From an uncultured Acidobacteriota bacterium (lineage in GTDB: Bacteria > Acidobacteriota > Thermoanaerobaculia > UBA5066 > DATFVB01): a DNA stretch of 64,000 nt. The number at the start of each line of letters is the position of its first letter. Position 1 is the first letter of the stretch. The notes under the pieces are model-generated. The model did not search any database, was not told the origin of the DNA, and saw only the letters and a list, made by a program, of their open reading frames with translations. Shown here piece after piece: positions 1-13,842 of the stretch. The stretch spans positions 74,900-138,899 of the forward strand of contig CAVZCI010000020.1 of the NCBI GenBank assembly GCA_963773815.1, in the 5' to 3' direction. The position numbers were made by a program, and so were the translations under genes.

Positions 1-90
1 GAGGCGGTAGACCGCGAGCATCGCGAACGTGAACAGGATTCGTTTCCGGAGGTCCGGAATCGAAAAAATGTTGCGAATCGATTCCAGCAT
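1..90 (-). CDS. secY: Preprotein translocase subunit SecY, first 30 codons only (gene runs off the left edge)
   Basis: Reverse complement of 1..90 reads [30 protein letters not shown], a typical SecY N-terminus. ATG 90..88 overlaps the rplO stop (TAATG). It sits after rplO as expected in spc operons. It is absent from the ORF track because it has no stop in the window. Confidence 0.85.
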   Translation of the reverse strand, partial: MLESIRNIFSIPDLRKRILFTFAMLAVYRL

Positions 91-725
91 TACTGCGCGA
101 CCTTCTCCTGGACGACGATTTCACACCGGCCGCCGGCCTTCTCGATCTTCTCTTTCGCCGACGCCGAAAACTTGTGCGCCCGGACGACGAGGGCCTTCGA
201 GATCTCTCCCCCGCCGAGAATCTTCACGAGAGCGCCCTTGCCCGTCATGCCGTGCGAGTGAAGGATCTCGGGAGTGATTTCCTGCCCGGCGTCGAATCGC
301 CCGAGATTCGACAGGTTCACCGGATCGTAAGGACGGCGGAAGATATTCGTGAAACCTCGCTTCGGCAGACGTCGGTGGAGCGGCATCTGGCCGCCCTCGA
401 AGCCTCGCATGTGCGAATAGCCCGACCGGGATTTCTGTCCTTTGCTCCCGCGGCCGGCCGTCTTGCCGTGCCCGGAACCCGGGCCGCGGCCGACCCGCTT
501 GCGGGAATGGGTCGCCCCGCTCGCCGGGCGGAGGCTGTGAACGCCGGTTCCCGGCGGCAACTGGACCGCCGGAGCCGCCGCGCGGCGAGCCTTCGGCTGG
601 GGCTGCGGGCGAGTCGCCGGGGCTTTCGGCGCCGGAGCTTTCGGGGCCGCGGCCTTCTTCGCCGCCGGCTTCGCGGCGGGCTTGTGGACGGTCTTCTTCT
701 TCGTCTCGGTTTTCTTGGTGGCCAT
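90..725 (-). CDS. rplO: 50S ribosomal protein L15 with a Lys/Ala/Pro-rich N-terminal extension
   Basis: ORF 90..725 (211 aa). Residues ~62-211 match L15 ([28 protein letters not shown]...). The first ~61 aa are low-complexity K/A/P. spc-operon position. Confidence 0.95.
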   Translation of the reverse strand: MATKKTETKKKTVHKPAAKPAAKKAAAPKAPAPKAPATRPQPQPKARRAAAPAVQLPPGTGVHSLRPASGATHSRKRVGRGPGSGHGKTAGRGSKGQKSRSGYSHMRGFEGGQMPLHRRLPKRGFTNIFRRPYDPVNLSNLGRFDAGQEITPEILHSHGMTGKGALVKILGGGEISKALVVRAHKFSASAKEKIEKAGGRCEIVVQEKVAQ

Positions 726-746
726 CGTTCTGGTCCTCTGCGCTCT

Positions 747-1112
747 CTACGTGGCCGGAGCCACTTCCACGAGGTGGCGCACCTTGTGGAGCATTCCGCG
801 CAGCGACGGCGTGTCGCTGCGAACGACTTCCTGGCGAATCCGCCTCAACCCGAGGCCCAGAAGCGTGGCCTTCTGGTCCCTCGGAGTGCAGATCCCGCTG
901 CGGACCAGGCGGATCCGGACGGACCCGGCGGCCTTCGGCGCGCGGGCCGCGGGGCTTTTCGAGTCCCGGGCCGCGGCCGGGGAAGCCGGCGCCGCGGCGG
1001 GCGAGGCGGCCTTCGCCTTCTTCGGCCGGGCCTTGTCGAGTCCTACGGCCTTCTCGATCTCCTCGAGCGAGGCGACGGGGTCCTTCTTCATTTCGTCCTT
1101 TTTCGACGCCAT
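747..1112 (-). CDS. rpmD: 50S ribosomal protein L30 with a long N-terminal extension
   Basis: ORF 747..1118 (TTG), with ATG at 1112. The C-terminal ~58 aa (SVRIRLVRSGICTPRDQKATLLGLGLRRI...) are L30-like and are preceded by ~60 aa of K/A/P-rich sequence. Confidence 0.85.
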   Translation of the reverse strand: MASKKDEMKKDPVASLEEIEKAVGLDKARPKKAKAASPAAAPASPAAARDSKSPAARAPKAAGSVRIRLVRSGICTPRDQKATLLGLGLRRIRQEVVRSDTPSLRGMLHKVRHLVEVAPAT

Positions 1113-1114
1113 TT

Positions 1115-1649
1115 TCAAGCCTTCTCCGCGCCCATGCCGCGCCGCCGCTCCATCTGATCCGCCTTGCGGAGCTGCGACAGCGCGTCAAAAGTCGCCTTGA
1201 CCACGTTGCCCGGGTTCGTCGTGCCGAGCGACTTCGTCGAGAATGTTCGCGATCCCCACGGACTCCAGGACCGCCCGGACCGGCCCTCCCGCGATGACGC
1301 CCGTTCCGTCGGCCGCCGGCTTCAGAAGCACACGCCCGGCGCCAAAGCGGCCGAGGACCTGATGCGGAATCGTCGTGCCCGTCAGGATGACGTGGACCAT
1401 GTTCTTCTTCGCGAGCTCGATTCCCTTGCGAATCGCCTGCGGGACCTCTTTGGCCTTTCCGGACCCGTACCCGACGCGCCCCTTCCCGTCGCCGACGACG
1501 ACGAGAGCGGAGAACGAGAAATTCTTTCCGCCCTTGACGACCTTCGTGACGCGGTTGATGTGGACGACGCGGTCGACGAACTCCGACGACTCGCCGTCCC
1601 GGTCGCGGCGGTCGCGCCGATCCCGGTTGCCCGGCTGTTGATTGGCCAT
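1115..1649 (-). pseudogene. rpsE: 30S ribosomal protein S5, one frameshift as sequenced
   Basis: ORF 1185..1649 carries the S5 N-terminus and core ([37 protein letters not shown]...). After ...GIANIL the conserved tail [20 protein letters not shown]... continues in another frame to TGA 1117..1115. Indel near 1236..1241. Confidence 0.9.
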
Positions 1650-2018
1650 CTAAAACTCCAACCCATTCTCGCGGGCGGAATCCGCCAGCGCTTTGATTTT
1701 CCCGTGGTAGGGGTATCCGCCACGGTCGAACACGACGCGGGTGACGCCCTTCGCTTTCGCGCGCCGGGCGACCAGCTCGCCGACTTTCTTCGCCGCCGCG
1801 AGGTTTCCGCCGGTCTTGAGATCGGCGCGAAAATCCGAATCGAGCGAGGAGGCGGCGACGATGGTCGCGCCCTGGCGATCGTCGATGACCTGGGCGTAGC
1901 AGTGCTTGAGGCTCTTGTAGACCGCGAGCCGCGGACGCTCCTGGGTTCCCGAAACGCGAGCCCGAACCCGGCGACGCACTTTGTCGCGAGCCTCGCGGCG
2001 CGTGGAAGAGTTCGACAT
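1650..2018 (-). CDS. rplR: 50S ribosomal protein L18
   Basis: ORF 1650..2018 with ...[17 protein letters not shown]...[23 protein letters not shown]. spc-operon order. Confidence 0.95.
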   Translation of the reverse strand: MSNSSTRREARDKVRRRVRARVSGTQERPRLAVYKSLKHCYAQVIDDRQGATIVAASSLDSDFRADLKTGGNLAAAKKVGELVARRAKAKGVTRVVFDRGGYPYHGKIKALADSARENGLEF

Positions 2019-2019
2019 G

Positions 2020-2562
2020 TTACTTGCCTCCGGCCTTTCCGACCTTGCGCCGAATCACCTCGTCGCTGTACTTGATTCCCTTCGCCTTGTAGGGGTCGGG
2101 GATTCGAAGCGCGCGGATCTCCGCGGCGGTCTGCCCCACCTTCTGCTTGTCGATCCCGGTGATCGTCATATGGTTCGTTTTGCCGTCGATCGCGATCGCC
2201 ACTCCCTCGGGAATCGGAAAGTTGATCGGGTGCGAATACCCGAGGGAGAACGCGACGCTCTTCCCGCGGACTTCGGCCTTGAAACCGACGCCCACGATGT
2301 CGAGCTCGCGAACGAAACCCTTCGTGACTCCCTGGACGGCATTCGCCGCGAGCGCGCGGGCGAGGCCGTGCAGGGCGCGCTGCGACGGCTCCTCGCCGTC
2401 CCGCGTGAACTCCAGCCGCCCGTCCAGCACTCTCGCCTGGACCGAGGCGGGAACGGGGCTCTGCACCTCTCCCTTCGGGCCCTTGACCCGAACGACGTTT
2501 CCTTCGACGTGGATCTCGACCCCTTTCGGGATCTGCACGGGGTTCTTTCCGATTCGAGACAC
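2020..2562 (-). CDS. rplF: 50S ribosomal protein L6
   Basis: ORF 2020..2562 with [17 protein letters not shown]...[14 protein letters not shown]...[16 protein letters not shown]. Confidence 0.95.
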   Translation of the reverse strand: MSRIGKNPVQIPKGVEIHVEGNVVRVKGPKGEVQSPVPASVQARVLDGRLEFTRDGEEPSQRALHGLARALAANAVQGVTKGFVRELDIVGVGFKAEVRGKSVAFSLGYSHPINFPIPEGVAIAIDGKTNHMTITGIDKQKVGQTAAEIRALRIPDPYKAKGIKYSDEVIRRKVGKAGGK

Positions 2563-2573
2563 GACTTCTCCTC

Positions 2574-2972
2574 CTACCAGATGTTGAAAAGGACTTCGCC
2601 GCCGAGCTTGCTCTCCCGGGCCTTCTTGTCGGACATCAGTCCCCGTGAAGTCGAAACGACCGACATTCCCATTCCGCCGAGCACCGGCGTGATGTCCGCC
2701 GCGCCGCGATAGACGCGGCGGCCGGGCTTGGAGACCCTCTTCAACCCGCCAATGACGGGCTCGCCCTCGTGGTCGTACTTCAGCCGCACCTGCAGCCTCG
2801 CGTGGTTCTCCACGGTCAGCGCCTTGTAGCCCCCGACATACCCCTCGTCGGAGAGGAGCTTCAGGATCGCCTCGCGCTGGCGCGACGCGGGAAATTCCGT
2901 TTTGTCGTGCCCCGCGCGAATCGCGTTGCGAATTCCCGTGAGCAGGTCCGCGATGGAATCGGTCGTATTCAT
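2574..2972 (-). CDS. rpsH: 30S ribosomal protein S8
   Basis: ORF 2574..2999 trimmed to ATG 2972 (MNTTDSIADLLTGIRNA...), just downstream of the rpsN stop. Ends GGEVLFNIW. Confidence 0.95.
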   Translation of the reverse strand: MNTTDSIADLLTGIRNAIRAGHDKTEFPASRQREAILKLLSDEGYVGGYKALTVENHARLQVRLKYDHEGEPVIGGLKRVSKPGRRVYRGAADITPVLGGMGMSVVSTSRGLMSDKKARESKLGGEVLFNIW

Positions 2973-2976
2973 GGCC

Positions 2977-3162
2977 TCACCACGTCGCCTTGATGACACC
3001 CGGGATGTAGCCCGCGAGGGCGCGCTCCCGGAAACAGATTCGACACAGGCCGAACTTTCTGAGAACGCTGCGCGGCCTCCCGCACGTCCGGCATCGCCGG
3101 ACCTTCCGCGTCGAAAATTTCGGCTTCCGCTCCGCCTTGATGATCATGGCCCGTCTTGCCAT
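2977..3162 (-). CDS. rpsN: 30S ribosomal protein S14, zinc-binding type Z (61 aa)
   Basis: ORF 2977..3162 with CRTCGRP...CRIC (CxxC...CxxC), ending PGVIKATW. Confidence 0.95.
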   Translation of the reverse strand: MARRAMIIKAERKPKFSTRKVRRCRTCGRPRSVLRKFGLCRICFRERALAGYIPGVIKATW

Positions 3163-3174
3163 CTGTCGCCTTTC

Positions 3175-3717
3175 CTACTTCGCGAAGGGCATGCCGAACT
3201 CGCGCAGAAGACTCTGCGCCCTGTCGTCCCGCCCCGCCGTTGTCACGATGGTCACGTTCAAGCCTTTCGACTTGTCGACCTTCGAATAATCGATTTCCTG
3301 GAAGATCAGGTGATCCTTCACTCCGAGGGTGTAGTTGCCCCGCCCGTCGAACGCCTTCGTCGAGACGCCGCGAAAGTCGCGCACGCGAGGCAGGGCGATC
3401 GAGATGAGGCGATCGAGGAATTCGTACATCCTCTCGCCGCGCAGGGTCACCCGGCAGCCGATCGGCATCCCGGCGCGAAGCTTGAAGGAAGCGATCGACT
3501 TCTTCGCCCGCGTGATCACCGCTTTCTGCCCCGCGATCGCGGTCAACTCCTCGACCGCGGTGTCGAGCAGCTTCACGTTCGAGGTCGCCTCGCCCATTCC
3601 CATGTTGAGGACGATGCGCGAGAGCTTCGGCACGGCCATCTTGTTCTCGATGCCGAATTCCTTCGTGAGCTTGCCCACGATCTCTTTTTCGTACTGTTCT
3701 TTCAACCGCGCAGCCAT
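3175..3717 (-). CDS. rplE: 50S ribosomal protein L5
   Basis: ORF 3175..3729. Start taken at ATG 3717 ([14 protein letters not shown]...) with GGGAG 5 nt upstream. Ends [11 protein letters not shown]. Confidence 0.95.
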   Translation of the reverse strand: MAARLKEQYEKEIVGKLTKEFGIENKMAVPKLSRIVLNMGMGEATSNVKLLDTAVEELTAIAGQKAVITRAKKSIASFKLRAGMPIGCRVTLRGERMYEFLDRLISIALPRVRDFRGVSTKAFDGRGNYTLGVKDHLIFQEIDYSKVDKSKGLNVTIVTTAGRDDRAQSLLREFGMPFAK

Positions 3718-3733
3718 CGACACTCCCAACTTT

Positions 3734-4057
3734 CTATCCGATCACCGCGCCGCTCTTCTTCGCGACGCGCTCCGGCCGGCCGTCCGCCGTCCGGCGGCGG
3801 CCAATGCGGGTTCCCGTGTGCTGCTCGGGGTCCACGAGCATCACGTTCGAGACATGGATGTTCGCCTCCCGTTCCGAGATCCCGCCCGCGATGTTCTTCG
3901 AGGGGTTCGGCCGGAGGTGTTTCTTGATCTGATTGACGCGCTCGACGAGCACCCGGTCTTTTCCCGGGAAAACGCGAAGGACTTTGCCCTGGCGGCCCTT
4001 GTCCTTGCCCGCGATGACGACGACGAGGTCGTTCTTCTTCAGCCTGACCTTTTTCAT
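3734..4057 (-). CDS. rplX: 50S ribosomal protein L24
   Basis: ORF 3734..4057 with a KOW-type motif, [23 protein letters not shown]. Confidence 0.95.
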   Translation of the reverse strand: MKKVRLKKNDLVVVIAGKDKGRQGKVLRVFPGKDRVLVERVNQIKKHLRPNPSKNIAGGISEREANIHVSNVMLVDPEQHTGTRIGRRRTADGRPERVAKKSGAVIG

Positions 4058-4070
4058 TTGCCTGCTTCCC

Positions 4071-4448
4071 TCACAGCACTTCCGGGGCGAGCGAGATGAT
4101 CTTCATGAATTTCTTCTCGCGCAGCTCGCGGGCGACCGGCCCGAACACGCGCGTTCCGACGGGTTCGTTCTCCGCGTTGACGAGCACCGCCGCGTTGTCG
4201 TCGAACCGGATGTACGAGCCGTCCTTCCGGCGCTGCTGCCGGCGCGTGCGGACGATCACCGCCTTGACGACCCGCTTGCCGTGCTTCTCCACGAAAGGCG
4301 AGTCGGGGGCGCACTCCTTGACCGACGCCGTGATCACGTCGCCGAGATACGCGTAGCGGGAGTTCGATCCGCCCTTCTTCTTGATGCACGCGATCTTTCG
4401 GGCGCCGGAGTTGTCGGCGACTTCCAGCACCGTTCCCATCTGAATCAT
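4071..4448 (-). CDS. rplN: 50S ribosomal protein L14
   Basis: ORF 4071..4448 with [18 protein letters not shown]...IISLAPEVL. Confidence 0.95.
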   Translation of the reverse strand: MIQMGTVLEVADNSGARKIACIKKKGGSNSRYAYLGDVITASVKECAPDSPFVEKHGKRVVKAVIVRTRRQQRRKDGSYIRFDDNAAVLVNAENEPVGTRVFGPVARELREKKFMKIISLAPEVL

Positions 4449-4451
4449 GGC

Positions 4452-4724
4452 CTAAGCCTGCGCTTTCCTGAGAACTTCACGGAGCGACCAGCGTTTCCGC
4501 TTCGACAGCGGGCGCGTCTCTTCGATGGAGACCCGATCGCCGATCGAGGCGATCTCCTTTTCGTCGTGCGCCATGAACCGCGACCGGCGCTTGATGTAGC
4601 GCTGGTAGCGCGGGTGCAGAACGGTGCGCTCCACTTCGACGACGACGCTCTTGTCCATCTTGTCGGAAATCACCTTGCCGACCTTGATCTGGCGCTTCTT
4701 CTGAGTATCGGCCGTCTGAGTCAC
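4452..4724 (-). CDS. rpsQ: 30S ribosomal protein S17
   Basis: ORF 4452..4841 trimmed to GTG 4724..4722 (GTGA overlap with the rpmC stop). Contains [37 protein letters not shown]. Confidence 0.9.
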   Translation of the reverse strand: MTQTADTQKKRQIKVGKVISDKMDKSVVVEVERTVLHPRYQRYIKRRSRFMAHDEKEIASIGDRVSIEETRPLSKRKRWSLREVLRKAQA

Positions 4725-4924
4725 GCTTTTTCTCCGTTTGCCCGCGCGAAAGTCTTCACGCGCGCGATGTCCCGGCGGACGTTGCGCAGCCTCGCCGGAT
4801 TCTCCAACTGCCCTGTCGTTTTCTGCAGGCGCAGCTTCCACAGCGCGTCCCGCAGCTCGCGTTCTTTCGCATGGAGGGCGTCCACCGCCTCTCCCTTCAA
4901 CTGGTCGAGATCCTTCTTCTTCAT
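4721..4924 (-). CDS. rpmC: 50S ribosomal protein L29
   Basis: ORF 4721..4924, 67 aa, with ...[26 protein letters not shown]. Confidence 0.9.
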   Translation of the reverse strand: MKKKDLDQLKGEAVDALHAKERELRDALWKLRLQKTTGQLENPARLRNVRRDIARVKTFARANGEKA

Positions 4925-4928
4925 CGCC

Positions 4929-5351
4929 TCAGGCCACCTTTCCTTCGTGGCGCGAGATGAACCGCGTCTTGATTCCGATCTTGTCGCCGGCGAGCCGCAT
5001 CGCGGCCTTTGCCGTCGCGTCGTCGACGCCTTCCATCTCGAACAGGATGCGAGCCGGCTTCACGACGGCGACCCATCCCTCGGGAGCCCCTTTTCCCTTG
5101 CCCATTCGGGTTTCGGCGGGCTTCTTCGTGTAGGGCTTGTCGGGAAAGATCCGGATCCAGATCTTCCCGCCGCGCTTGATGTGGCGCGTCATCGCGATTC
5201 GCGCCGCTTCGATCTGTCGCGCGGTGACCCATCCCGGCTCCAGCGCCTGGAGCCCGTAGTCCCCGAACGACAGAACGCCGCCGCGCAGGGCCTTGCCGCG
5301 CATGCGGCCGCGCTGCTGCTTTCGAAACTTGACCTTGCTGGGCATCAACAT
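4929..5351 (-). CDS. rplP: 50S ribosomal protein L16
   Basis: ORF 4929..5351 with [21 protein letters not shown]...[20 protein letters not shown]. Confidence 0.95.
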   Translation of the reverse strand: MLMPSKVKFRKQQRGRMRGKALRGGVLSFGDYGLQALEPGWVTARQIEAARIAMTRHIKRGGKIWIRIFPDKPYTKKPAETRMGKGKGAPEGWVAVVKPARILFEMEGVDDATAKAAMRLAGDKIGIKTRFISRHEGKVA

Positions 5352-5363
5352 GACGGTTCTTCC

Positions 5364-6030
5364 CTATGCCGTTTTCTTCGTTTCGCGGCGGCGGTTCTTC
5401 ATCTTGTGCTGCTCGCCGCGGTAGATCCACGCCTTGACGCCGATCTTGCCGTACGTCGTCTGCGCCTCCGCAAATCCGTAATCGATGTCCGCCTTGAGCG
5501 TGTGGAGCGGCAGGCGGCCTTCCTGGTACCACTCCGAGCGCGCGATCTCGGCGCCGTTCAAGCGGCCGGCGCACCGGATCTTGATTCCCTGGGCCCCGAA
5601 CCGCTGCGCGGACTCGATCGCCTTCTTCATGGCCCTCCGGAACGCGACGCGGCGCTCGAGCTGCATCGCGATCGATTCCGCGACGAGCTGGGCGTCGGTC
5701 TCGGGCCGCTGGATCTCGATGATGTTGATGTGGACTTCGTTCTTCGTCTTGCGCTGGAGCTCGTCGCGCAGCTTGTCGACTTCCGCGCCCGCGCTTGCCG
5801 ATGATGACGCCAGGCCGGGACGTCTGAACGTTGACCTTCAGCTTGTTCGCGTACCGCTCGACGTCGATCTCCGAAACGCCCGCGTGCGAGAGGCGGTTCT
5901 TGAGCTCGCGGCGGAGCTTCATGTCCTCGTGCAGGTGCTCGAGGTACTGGCCGCGCTCCGCATACCAGCGCGAATGCCACGTGCGGTTGAAGCCGAGACG
6001 AAACCCGTAGGGGTGAACCTTTTGACCCAT
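5364..6030 (-). pseudogene. rpsC: 30S ribosomal protein S3, one frameshift as sequenced
   Basis: The N-terminal half, [24 protein letters not shown]...[11 protein letters not shown], reads from ATG 6030 (inside the mosaic ORF 4921..7563). [58 protein letters not shown]... continues in the frame of ORF 5364..5666. Indel near 5785..5795. Confidence 0.9.
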
Positions 6031-6031
6031 C

Positions 6032-6377
6032 TTAACCTCTCGCCTCGTCCGAAACTTCGAGGGTGACGTGGCTCTTTCGTTTCTGAATCCGGTAGGCCCG
6101 GCCCATCGGAGCCGGACGAATTCTCTTCTCGCGGGGCCCGCCGTCGACGTGAATGGTCCGGACGACCAGCGTGTCGACGTCCACGCCCGGACTCCTTCTG
6201 TTCCGCGTTCGCGATCGCCGATTTCAGGAGCTTCAGGATGTCGCGGGACGCGTACTTCGGCGTCGCGCGGAGAATCGCGGCGGCGTCGTTGACCTTTTTC
6301 CCCCGGATCAGGTCCGCGACGAGGCGCACCTTCTGGGCGGAGCCTTTCATGAAGCGAAGCTTGGCGACGGCGTTCAT
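6032..6377 (-). pseudogene. rplV: 50S ribosomal protein L22, one frameshift as sequenced
   Basis: ORF 5919..6377 gives [32 protein letters not shown]...[10 protein letters not shown]. The conserved remainder, [45 protein letters not shown], runs in another frame to TAA 6034..6032. Indel near 6185..6190. Confidence 0.9.
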
Positions 6378-6389
6378 CGAATCTTCTCC

Positions 6390-6734
6390 TTAACCCTTCG
6401 GAGCCGGCGCCGCGGGCGCCGCGCCCGGCGCCGACACCGGAGCTCCGCCCGGCTTCGCTCCCGCCGCGTCCGCCTTCTTGCCCCCGTGGCCCTTGAAGAT
6501 GCGCGTCGGCGAGAACTCCCCGAGCTTGTGCCCGACCATGTTCTCCGCGATGTAGACGGGAATGAATTTTCTTCCGTTGTGGACGGCGATCGTGTGTCCG
6601 ACCATGTCGGGAACGACGGTCGAGCGCCGCGACCACGTCTTGACGACCTTCTTTTCCCGCGTTTCGTTCAGCGCGTCCACCTTCTTTTTCAGGTGGGCGT
6701 CCACGAACGCGCCCTTCTTGATCGATCTCGACAT
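6390..6734 (-). CDS. rpsS: 30S ribosomal protein S19 with an Ala/Pro/Gly-rich C-terminal tail
   Basis: ORF 6390..6734 with [12 protein letters not shown]...[17 protein letters not shown]...[12 protein letters not shown]. The last ~25 aa are low-complexity. Confidence 0.95.
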   Translation of the reverse strand: MSRSIKKGAFVDAHLKKKVDALNETREKKVVKTWSRRSTVVPDMVGHTIAVHNGRKFIPVYIAENMVGHKLGEFSPTRIFKGHGGKKADAAGAKPGGAPVSAPGAAPAAPAPKG

Positions 6735-6740
6735 GGTTGC

Positions 6741-7563
6741 CTACTTCCTCCGGCGGGACGACCATCGCGTCCGTCCGCTTGTTGTTTCGGGTCTTGAAGC
6801 CCTTCGTTTCCAGCCCCACGGCGAAACCGGATGCCGGCCTCCCGAGGTCTTCCCCTCGCCGCCGCCCATCGGGTGATCGACCGGATTCATGGCGACGCCG
6901 CGGTTGTGCGGCTTCCAGCCGAGCCAGCGCGACCGGCCGGCCTTTCCGATCGACAGATTCTCGTGCTCGATGTTGCCGACCTGGCCGATCGTCGCGTAGC
7001 AGTCGATGAAGACCTTGCGGGTCTCGCCGGAGGGCAGCCGCACCTGCGCGTAATCCCCCTCCTTGGCCATCAGCTGCGCCGCGGCGCCTGCCGACCGCAC
7101 CATCTGGCCGCCCTTGCCGCGCTTCAGCTCGATGTTGTGGATCGTCGTGCCGACAGGGATTCCCCGCAGCGGCAGCGCGTTGCCCGGAAGGATGTCGGCC
7201 TTCGGCCCGGAGACGACGCGCGCGCCCACTTCGAGGCCGACCGGGCGCCAGGATGTAGCGCTTCTCGCCGTCCGCGTAGTGCAGGAGCGCGATATTCGCC
7301 GTGCGGTTCGGATCGTATTCGATCGAGGCCACGCTCGCGGGCACGTCCATCTTCTCCCGGCGGAAGTCGATGACGCGATACTGGCGCTTGTGGCCTCCGC
7401 CCATGAAACGCGACGTGATCTGGCCGCTGCTGTTGCGGCCGCCCGTCCGGCGCTTGGGCGTGACAAGGCTTTTCTCCGGGCGGTTCGTCGTCAGTTCCGA
7501 GAACGTCATCGACGTCTGGAAGCGGCGGCCGGCCGAAGTGGGTTTGAACGATTTCACAGGCAT
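6741..7563 (-). pseudogene. rplB: 50S ribosomal protein L2, three frame breaks as sequenced
   Basis: The N-terminus [16 protein letters not shown]...[12 protein letters not shown] starts at ATG 7563. The core [21 protein letters not shown]...[21 protein letters not shown] is in the ORF 6741..7466 frame. [19 protein letters not shown] is in a third frame, then RRRK-stop returns to the ORF frame. Indels near 7240..7247, 6812..6817 and 6752..6760. Confidence 0.9.
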
Positions 7564-7571
7564 CGAATCAC

Positions 7572-7862
7572 CTACACGCCTTCGAAAAATTCAATGGGTT
7601 TCTCGCCTTCGGCAAGACGGACATAGGCCTTTTTCCAGTCGCGCCGGTTCCCGGCGAATCGCCCCATCCGCTTGAGCTTGCCGGCGCGGTTGGCGACCCG
7701 GACGGACGCCACCTTCACCTTGAAGAGCATCTCGACCGCGGCCTTCACTTCGATCTTGTTCGCGGCCGGGTCGACCTCGAAGCAAACCGTTTTTGCCGCG
7801 TCCTTGAGCCGGGTCGACGCCTCCGTGATCAGCGGCCGCCGGATCACCTGGTGCAGGTTCAT
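7572..7862 (-). CDS. rplW: 50S ribosomal protein L23
   Basis: ORF 7572..7862, 96 aa, S10-operon position between rplD and rplB. ATGA overlap with the rplD stop. Confidence 0.9.
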   Translation of the reverse strand: MNLHQVIRRPLITEASTRLKDAAKTVCFEVDPAANKIEVKAAVEMLFKVKVASVRVANRAGKLKRMGRFAGNRRDWKKAYVRLAEGEKPIEFFEGV

Positions 7863-8490
7863 GACTTGGCCTCCAGGTTCCGGGTGACTCGCGTCAGCGC
7901 GTCCCGCGTGATGAGGACGTAGCCGTGGCTCAGCACGTCGTAACAGTTCACCGCGAGCGGATCGACGTGCTTCAAGCCGCGGACGTTCCGGGAGGCGCGA
8001 GTCAGGTTCTCGTTGTCGCGGGATTCCACGAGCAGCGCCTTCCCCTCGATTCCGAGCGTCGAGAGATTGCCGACGAGCTCCTTCGTTCGGTAGGAATCGA
8101 GGCCCAGGCGGTCGAGAACGACCAGTCGGGACTCTTTTGCCTTGCGCGAGAGGACCGACCGCAGGGCATTCTTCTTTTCGTTGACCGACACCTTTTGCTC
8201 GTAGGAACGCGGCACGGGGCCGAAGACGGTTCCGCCGTGGCGGTGAATCGGAGGACGGCCGCCTCCCTGCCGCGCCCGGCCCGTTCCTTTTGCTTGAACG
8301 GCTTCCGCCCCGACCCGGAGACTTCCGAGCGCGTCTTGGTCTTGTGCGTTCCCCGACGCTGTCCCGCGAGATACGCCTTCACGACGGTCCACACGAGGTG
8401 GCGCCGGTAGGGCTGCTCGAACACGTCGGCGGGCAGGTCGATCGACCCGACCTTTTCTTTCTTCCAGTTCCAGACTTCCACGTTGGCCAT
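7859..8490 (-). pseudogene. rplD: 50S ribosomal protein L4, one frameshift as sequenced
   Basis: ORF 8002..8490 gives MANVEVWNWKKEKVGSIDLP...SGSGRKPFKQK. The remainder (GTGRARQGGGRPPIHRHGGTVFGP...LITRDALTRV...) is the tail of ORF 7859..9043. The break is at an A4 run, 8288..8291. Confidence 0.9.
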
Positions 8491-8493
8491 CGC

Positions 8494-9138
8494 TTACTCC
8501 GGCTTCGGCGCGAACGTCGACCGCACAATGCGAACGTACGCGTTGCGGGCGCCCGGCACGGGGCCGCTCAAATACAGCAAATGATTTTCCGGGTCCACCT
8601 TCGCGACGACGACGTTCTTGCTCGTGGCATGCCGGCCGCCGAGACGGCCCGAGGAACGCGTGCCCGGATAGACGCGCGAGGGGAAGGCCGACGGTCCGAT
8701 CGATCCCGGAGCGCGGTGAAACATCGAGCCGTGCGTCGCGCGGCCGCCCGCGAAGTGGTGGCGCCGGACGACGCCGGCGAACCCCTTGCCCTTCGAGAAG
8801 CCCTCGATGTCGACGTGGTCGTTTTCCTTGAAGGTGTCGGCCAGAACCTTGTCGCCCGCCTTGAGCTCGTCGCCTTTGTCCAGCGCGAATTCGGCGAGCT
8901 CGCGCATCGGGGCCACGGACGCTTTGGCGAAGTGCCCCTGCATCGGCTTGGGAACGTTGCGGGGAGCGCGATCCTCGACGAGGCCGATCTGCACGGCGTT
9001 GTAGCCGTCCCGCTCGACGGTCTTCATCTGAACGACGAGGCACGGGCCGGCCTTGACGACCGTCACGGGGACGACCGTGCCGTCCTCCTTGAAGATCTGG
9101 GTCATGCCGACCTTTTTCCCGATCAAACCGTGAATCAT
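8494..9138 (-). CDS. rplC: 50S ribosomal protein L3
   Basis: ORF 8494..9138 with [16 protein letters not shown]...[22 protein letters not shown]. Confidence 0.95.
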   Translation of the reverse strand: MIHGLIGKKVGMTQIFKEDGTVVPVTVVKAGPCLVVQMKTVERDGYNAVQIGLVEDRAPRNVPKPMQGHFAKASVAPMRELAEFALDKGDELKAGDKVLADTFKENDHVDIEGFSKGKGFAGVVRRHHFAGGRATHGSMFHRAPGSIGPSAFPSRVYPGTRSSGRLGGRHATSKNVVVAKVDPENHLLYLSGPVPGARNAYVRIVRSTFAPKPE

Positions 9139-9142
9139 GGCG

Positions 9143-9457
9143 TCACTTCCCGAATGCCTTGATCTCGACGTCCACGCCGGCCGGCAGCTCGAGCTTCATC
9201 AGCGCGTCCACCGTCTGCGAGGAGGGCTCGAGGATGTCGAGCAGGCGCTTGTGCGTCCGCATCTCGAATTGCTCCCGCGACTTCTTGTCGACGTGCGGAG
9301 AGCGATTGACCGTGTAGCGGGAAATCGTCGTCGGCAGCGGAATCGGGCCGGCGATCCGCGCTCCGGTCCGGCGCGCCGTGTCCACGATCTCCGTCGCCGA
9401 CTGGTCGAGGACCCTGTAGTCGAACGCCTTGAGCCGAATGCGGATTTTGTCGTTCAT
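9143..9457 (-). CDS. rpsJ: 30S ribosomal protein S10
   Basis: ORF 9143..9457 with [17 protein letters not shown]...GPIPLPT...[12 protein letters not shown]. Confidence 0.95.
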   Translation of the reverse strand: MNDKIRIRLKAFDYRVLDQSATEIVDTARRTGARIAGPIPLPTTISRYTVNRSPHVDKKSREQFEMRTHKRLLDILEPSSQTVDALMKLELPAGVDVEIKAFGK

Positions 9458-9484
9458 CGTCTTCTCGATGCCTCTGTTCGTCCT

Positions 9485-10678
<1,194 letters not shown>

Positions 10679-10719
10679 CCTCGTCCCTCTCTACGAACGA
10701 CTCTCGTCGTTTTCGCTCC

Positions 10720-12797
<2,078 letters not shown>

Positions 12798-12820
12798 GAT
12801 TCAGCTCAACTCGGCTCGGG

Positions 12821-13291
12821 TTACCAGCGGTAATGGGCGAAAGCCTTGTTCGCTTCCGCCATCTTCAGCGTGTCGTCTTTTTTCTTCATCGCGCCGCCCT
12901 TGAGGTTCGACGCGTCGAGCAGCTCGCCCGCGAGCTTCTCGCGCATCGTCCGCTCGCCCCGCGCCAGGGCGTATTCGATCAGCCACCGGATCGCGAGCGA
13001 GGTTCGCCGGTTCGGCCGAACCTCGACGGGGACCTGGTACGTCGATCCGCCGACGCGCCGGGACTTGACCTCGAGCGCGGGCTTGACGTTCTCGACCGCC
13101 TTCTTGAAGACCTTCATCGGATCGTCCTGGGTCTTCTCGGAAACGACCTCGAGGGCGCCGTACAGAATGCGCTCGGCGACGCTCTTCTTTCCCTGCTTCA
13201 TGACGGAGTTCACGAACTTCGTCACGAGCTGGGAGTTGTAGACCGGGTCCGGCAGAATTTCGCGCTTGGGGACTTCTCTTCGTCTCGGCAT
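12821..13291 (-). CDS. rpsG: 30S ribosomal protein S7
   Basis: ORF 12821..13291 with [20 protein letters not shown]...[10 protein letters not shown]. Confidence 0.95.
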   Translation of the reverse strand: MPRRREVPKREILPDPVYNSQLVTKFVNSVMKQGKKSVAERILYGALEVVSEKTQDDPMKVFKKAVENVKPALEVKSRRVGGSTYQVPVEVRPNRRTSLAIRWLIEYALARGERTMREKLAGELLDASNLKGGAMKKKDDTLKMAEANKAFAHYRW

Positions 13292-13295
13292 CGTC

Positions 13296-13670
13296 TCAGC
13301 TCTTCGGGCGCTTCGCGCCGTATTTCGACCGGCCCTGCTTCCGGTTCGCGACGCCGACGGCGTCGAGGGTTCCGCGGATGATGTGGTAGCGGACGCCGGG
13401 CAGGTCCTTCACTCGGCCGCCGCGAATCATGACGATCGAGTGCTCCTGGAGGTTGTGCCCGACACCCGGGATGTAGGTCGTGACTTCCGTGCCGTTCGTC
13501 AGGCGGACGCGGGCGACTTTCCGAAGGGCCGAATTCGGCTTCTTCGGAGTCGTGGTGTAGACGCGCGTGCAGACGCCCCTCTTCTGGGGGCTCGCGTTCA
13601 ACGCGGGGCTCGCCGTCTTGTACCGAACGGCCTCCCGTCCGCTGCGAACCAACTGTGAAATCGTCGGCAT
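13296..13670 (-). CDS. rpsL: 30S ribosomal protein S12
   Basis: ORF 13296..13670 with [12 protein letters not shown]...[19 protein letters not shown]... Confidence 0.95.
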   Translation of the reverse strand: MPTISQLVRSGREAVRYKTASPALNASPQKRGVCTRVYTTTPKKPNSALRKVARVRLTNGTEVTTYIPGVGHNLQEHSIVMIRGGRVKDLPGVRYHIIRGTLDAVGVANRKQGRSKYGAKRPKS

Positions 13671-13842
13671 TCCTCTAGTCCTCCGAATCCCTGCGTCCCC
13701 GGCCGCACAGAAAAATTTCTCCAGGCGGCCTCAATTCAATTCGTCTCCCCGGTCCCAGGTTCTTGCCGCTCCGTGGGGCCGAGATCGATCGTCTCCCTGT
13801 CTTCTGGATCAGTATCCGAGAAGTCCCGGGGAAAACCCGCTA

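Noticed and set aside
4921-7563. An 880-aa ORF spanning rplB to rplP.
   Set aside because: It is a mosaic. It begins as the true rplB N-terminus, then runs out of frame through rpsS, rplV, rpsC and rplP because indels and high GC remove stops. It contains the S3 N-terminus by accident of frame.
5785-8291. The frameshifts in r-protein genes as programmed ribosomal frameshifting.
   Set aside because: No slippery heptamers or stimulatory structures were seen at the sites. The breaks occur at varied contexts, including homopolymers, in many unrelated genes and in both directions (+1 and -1).
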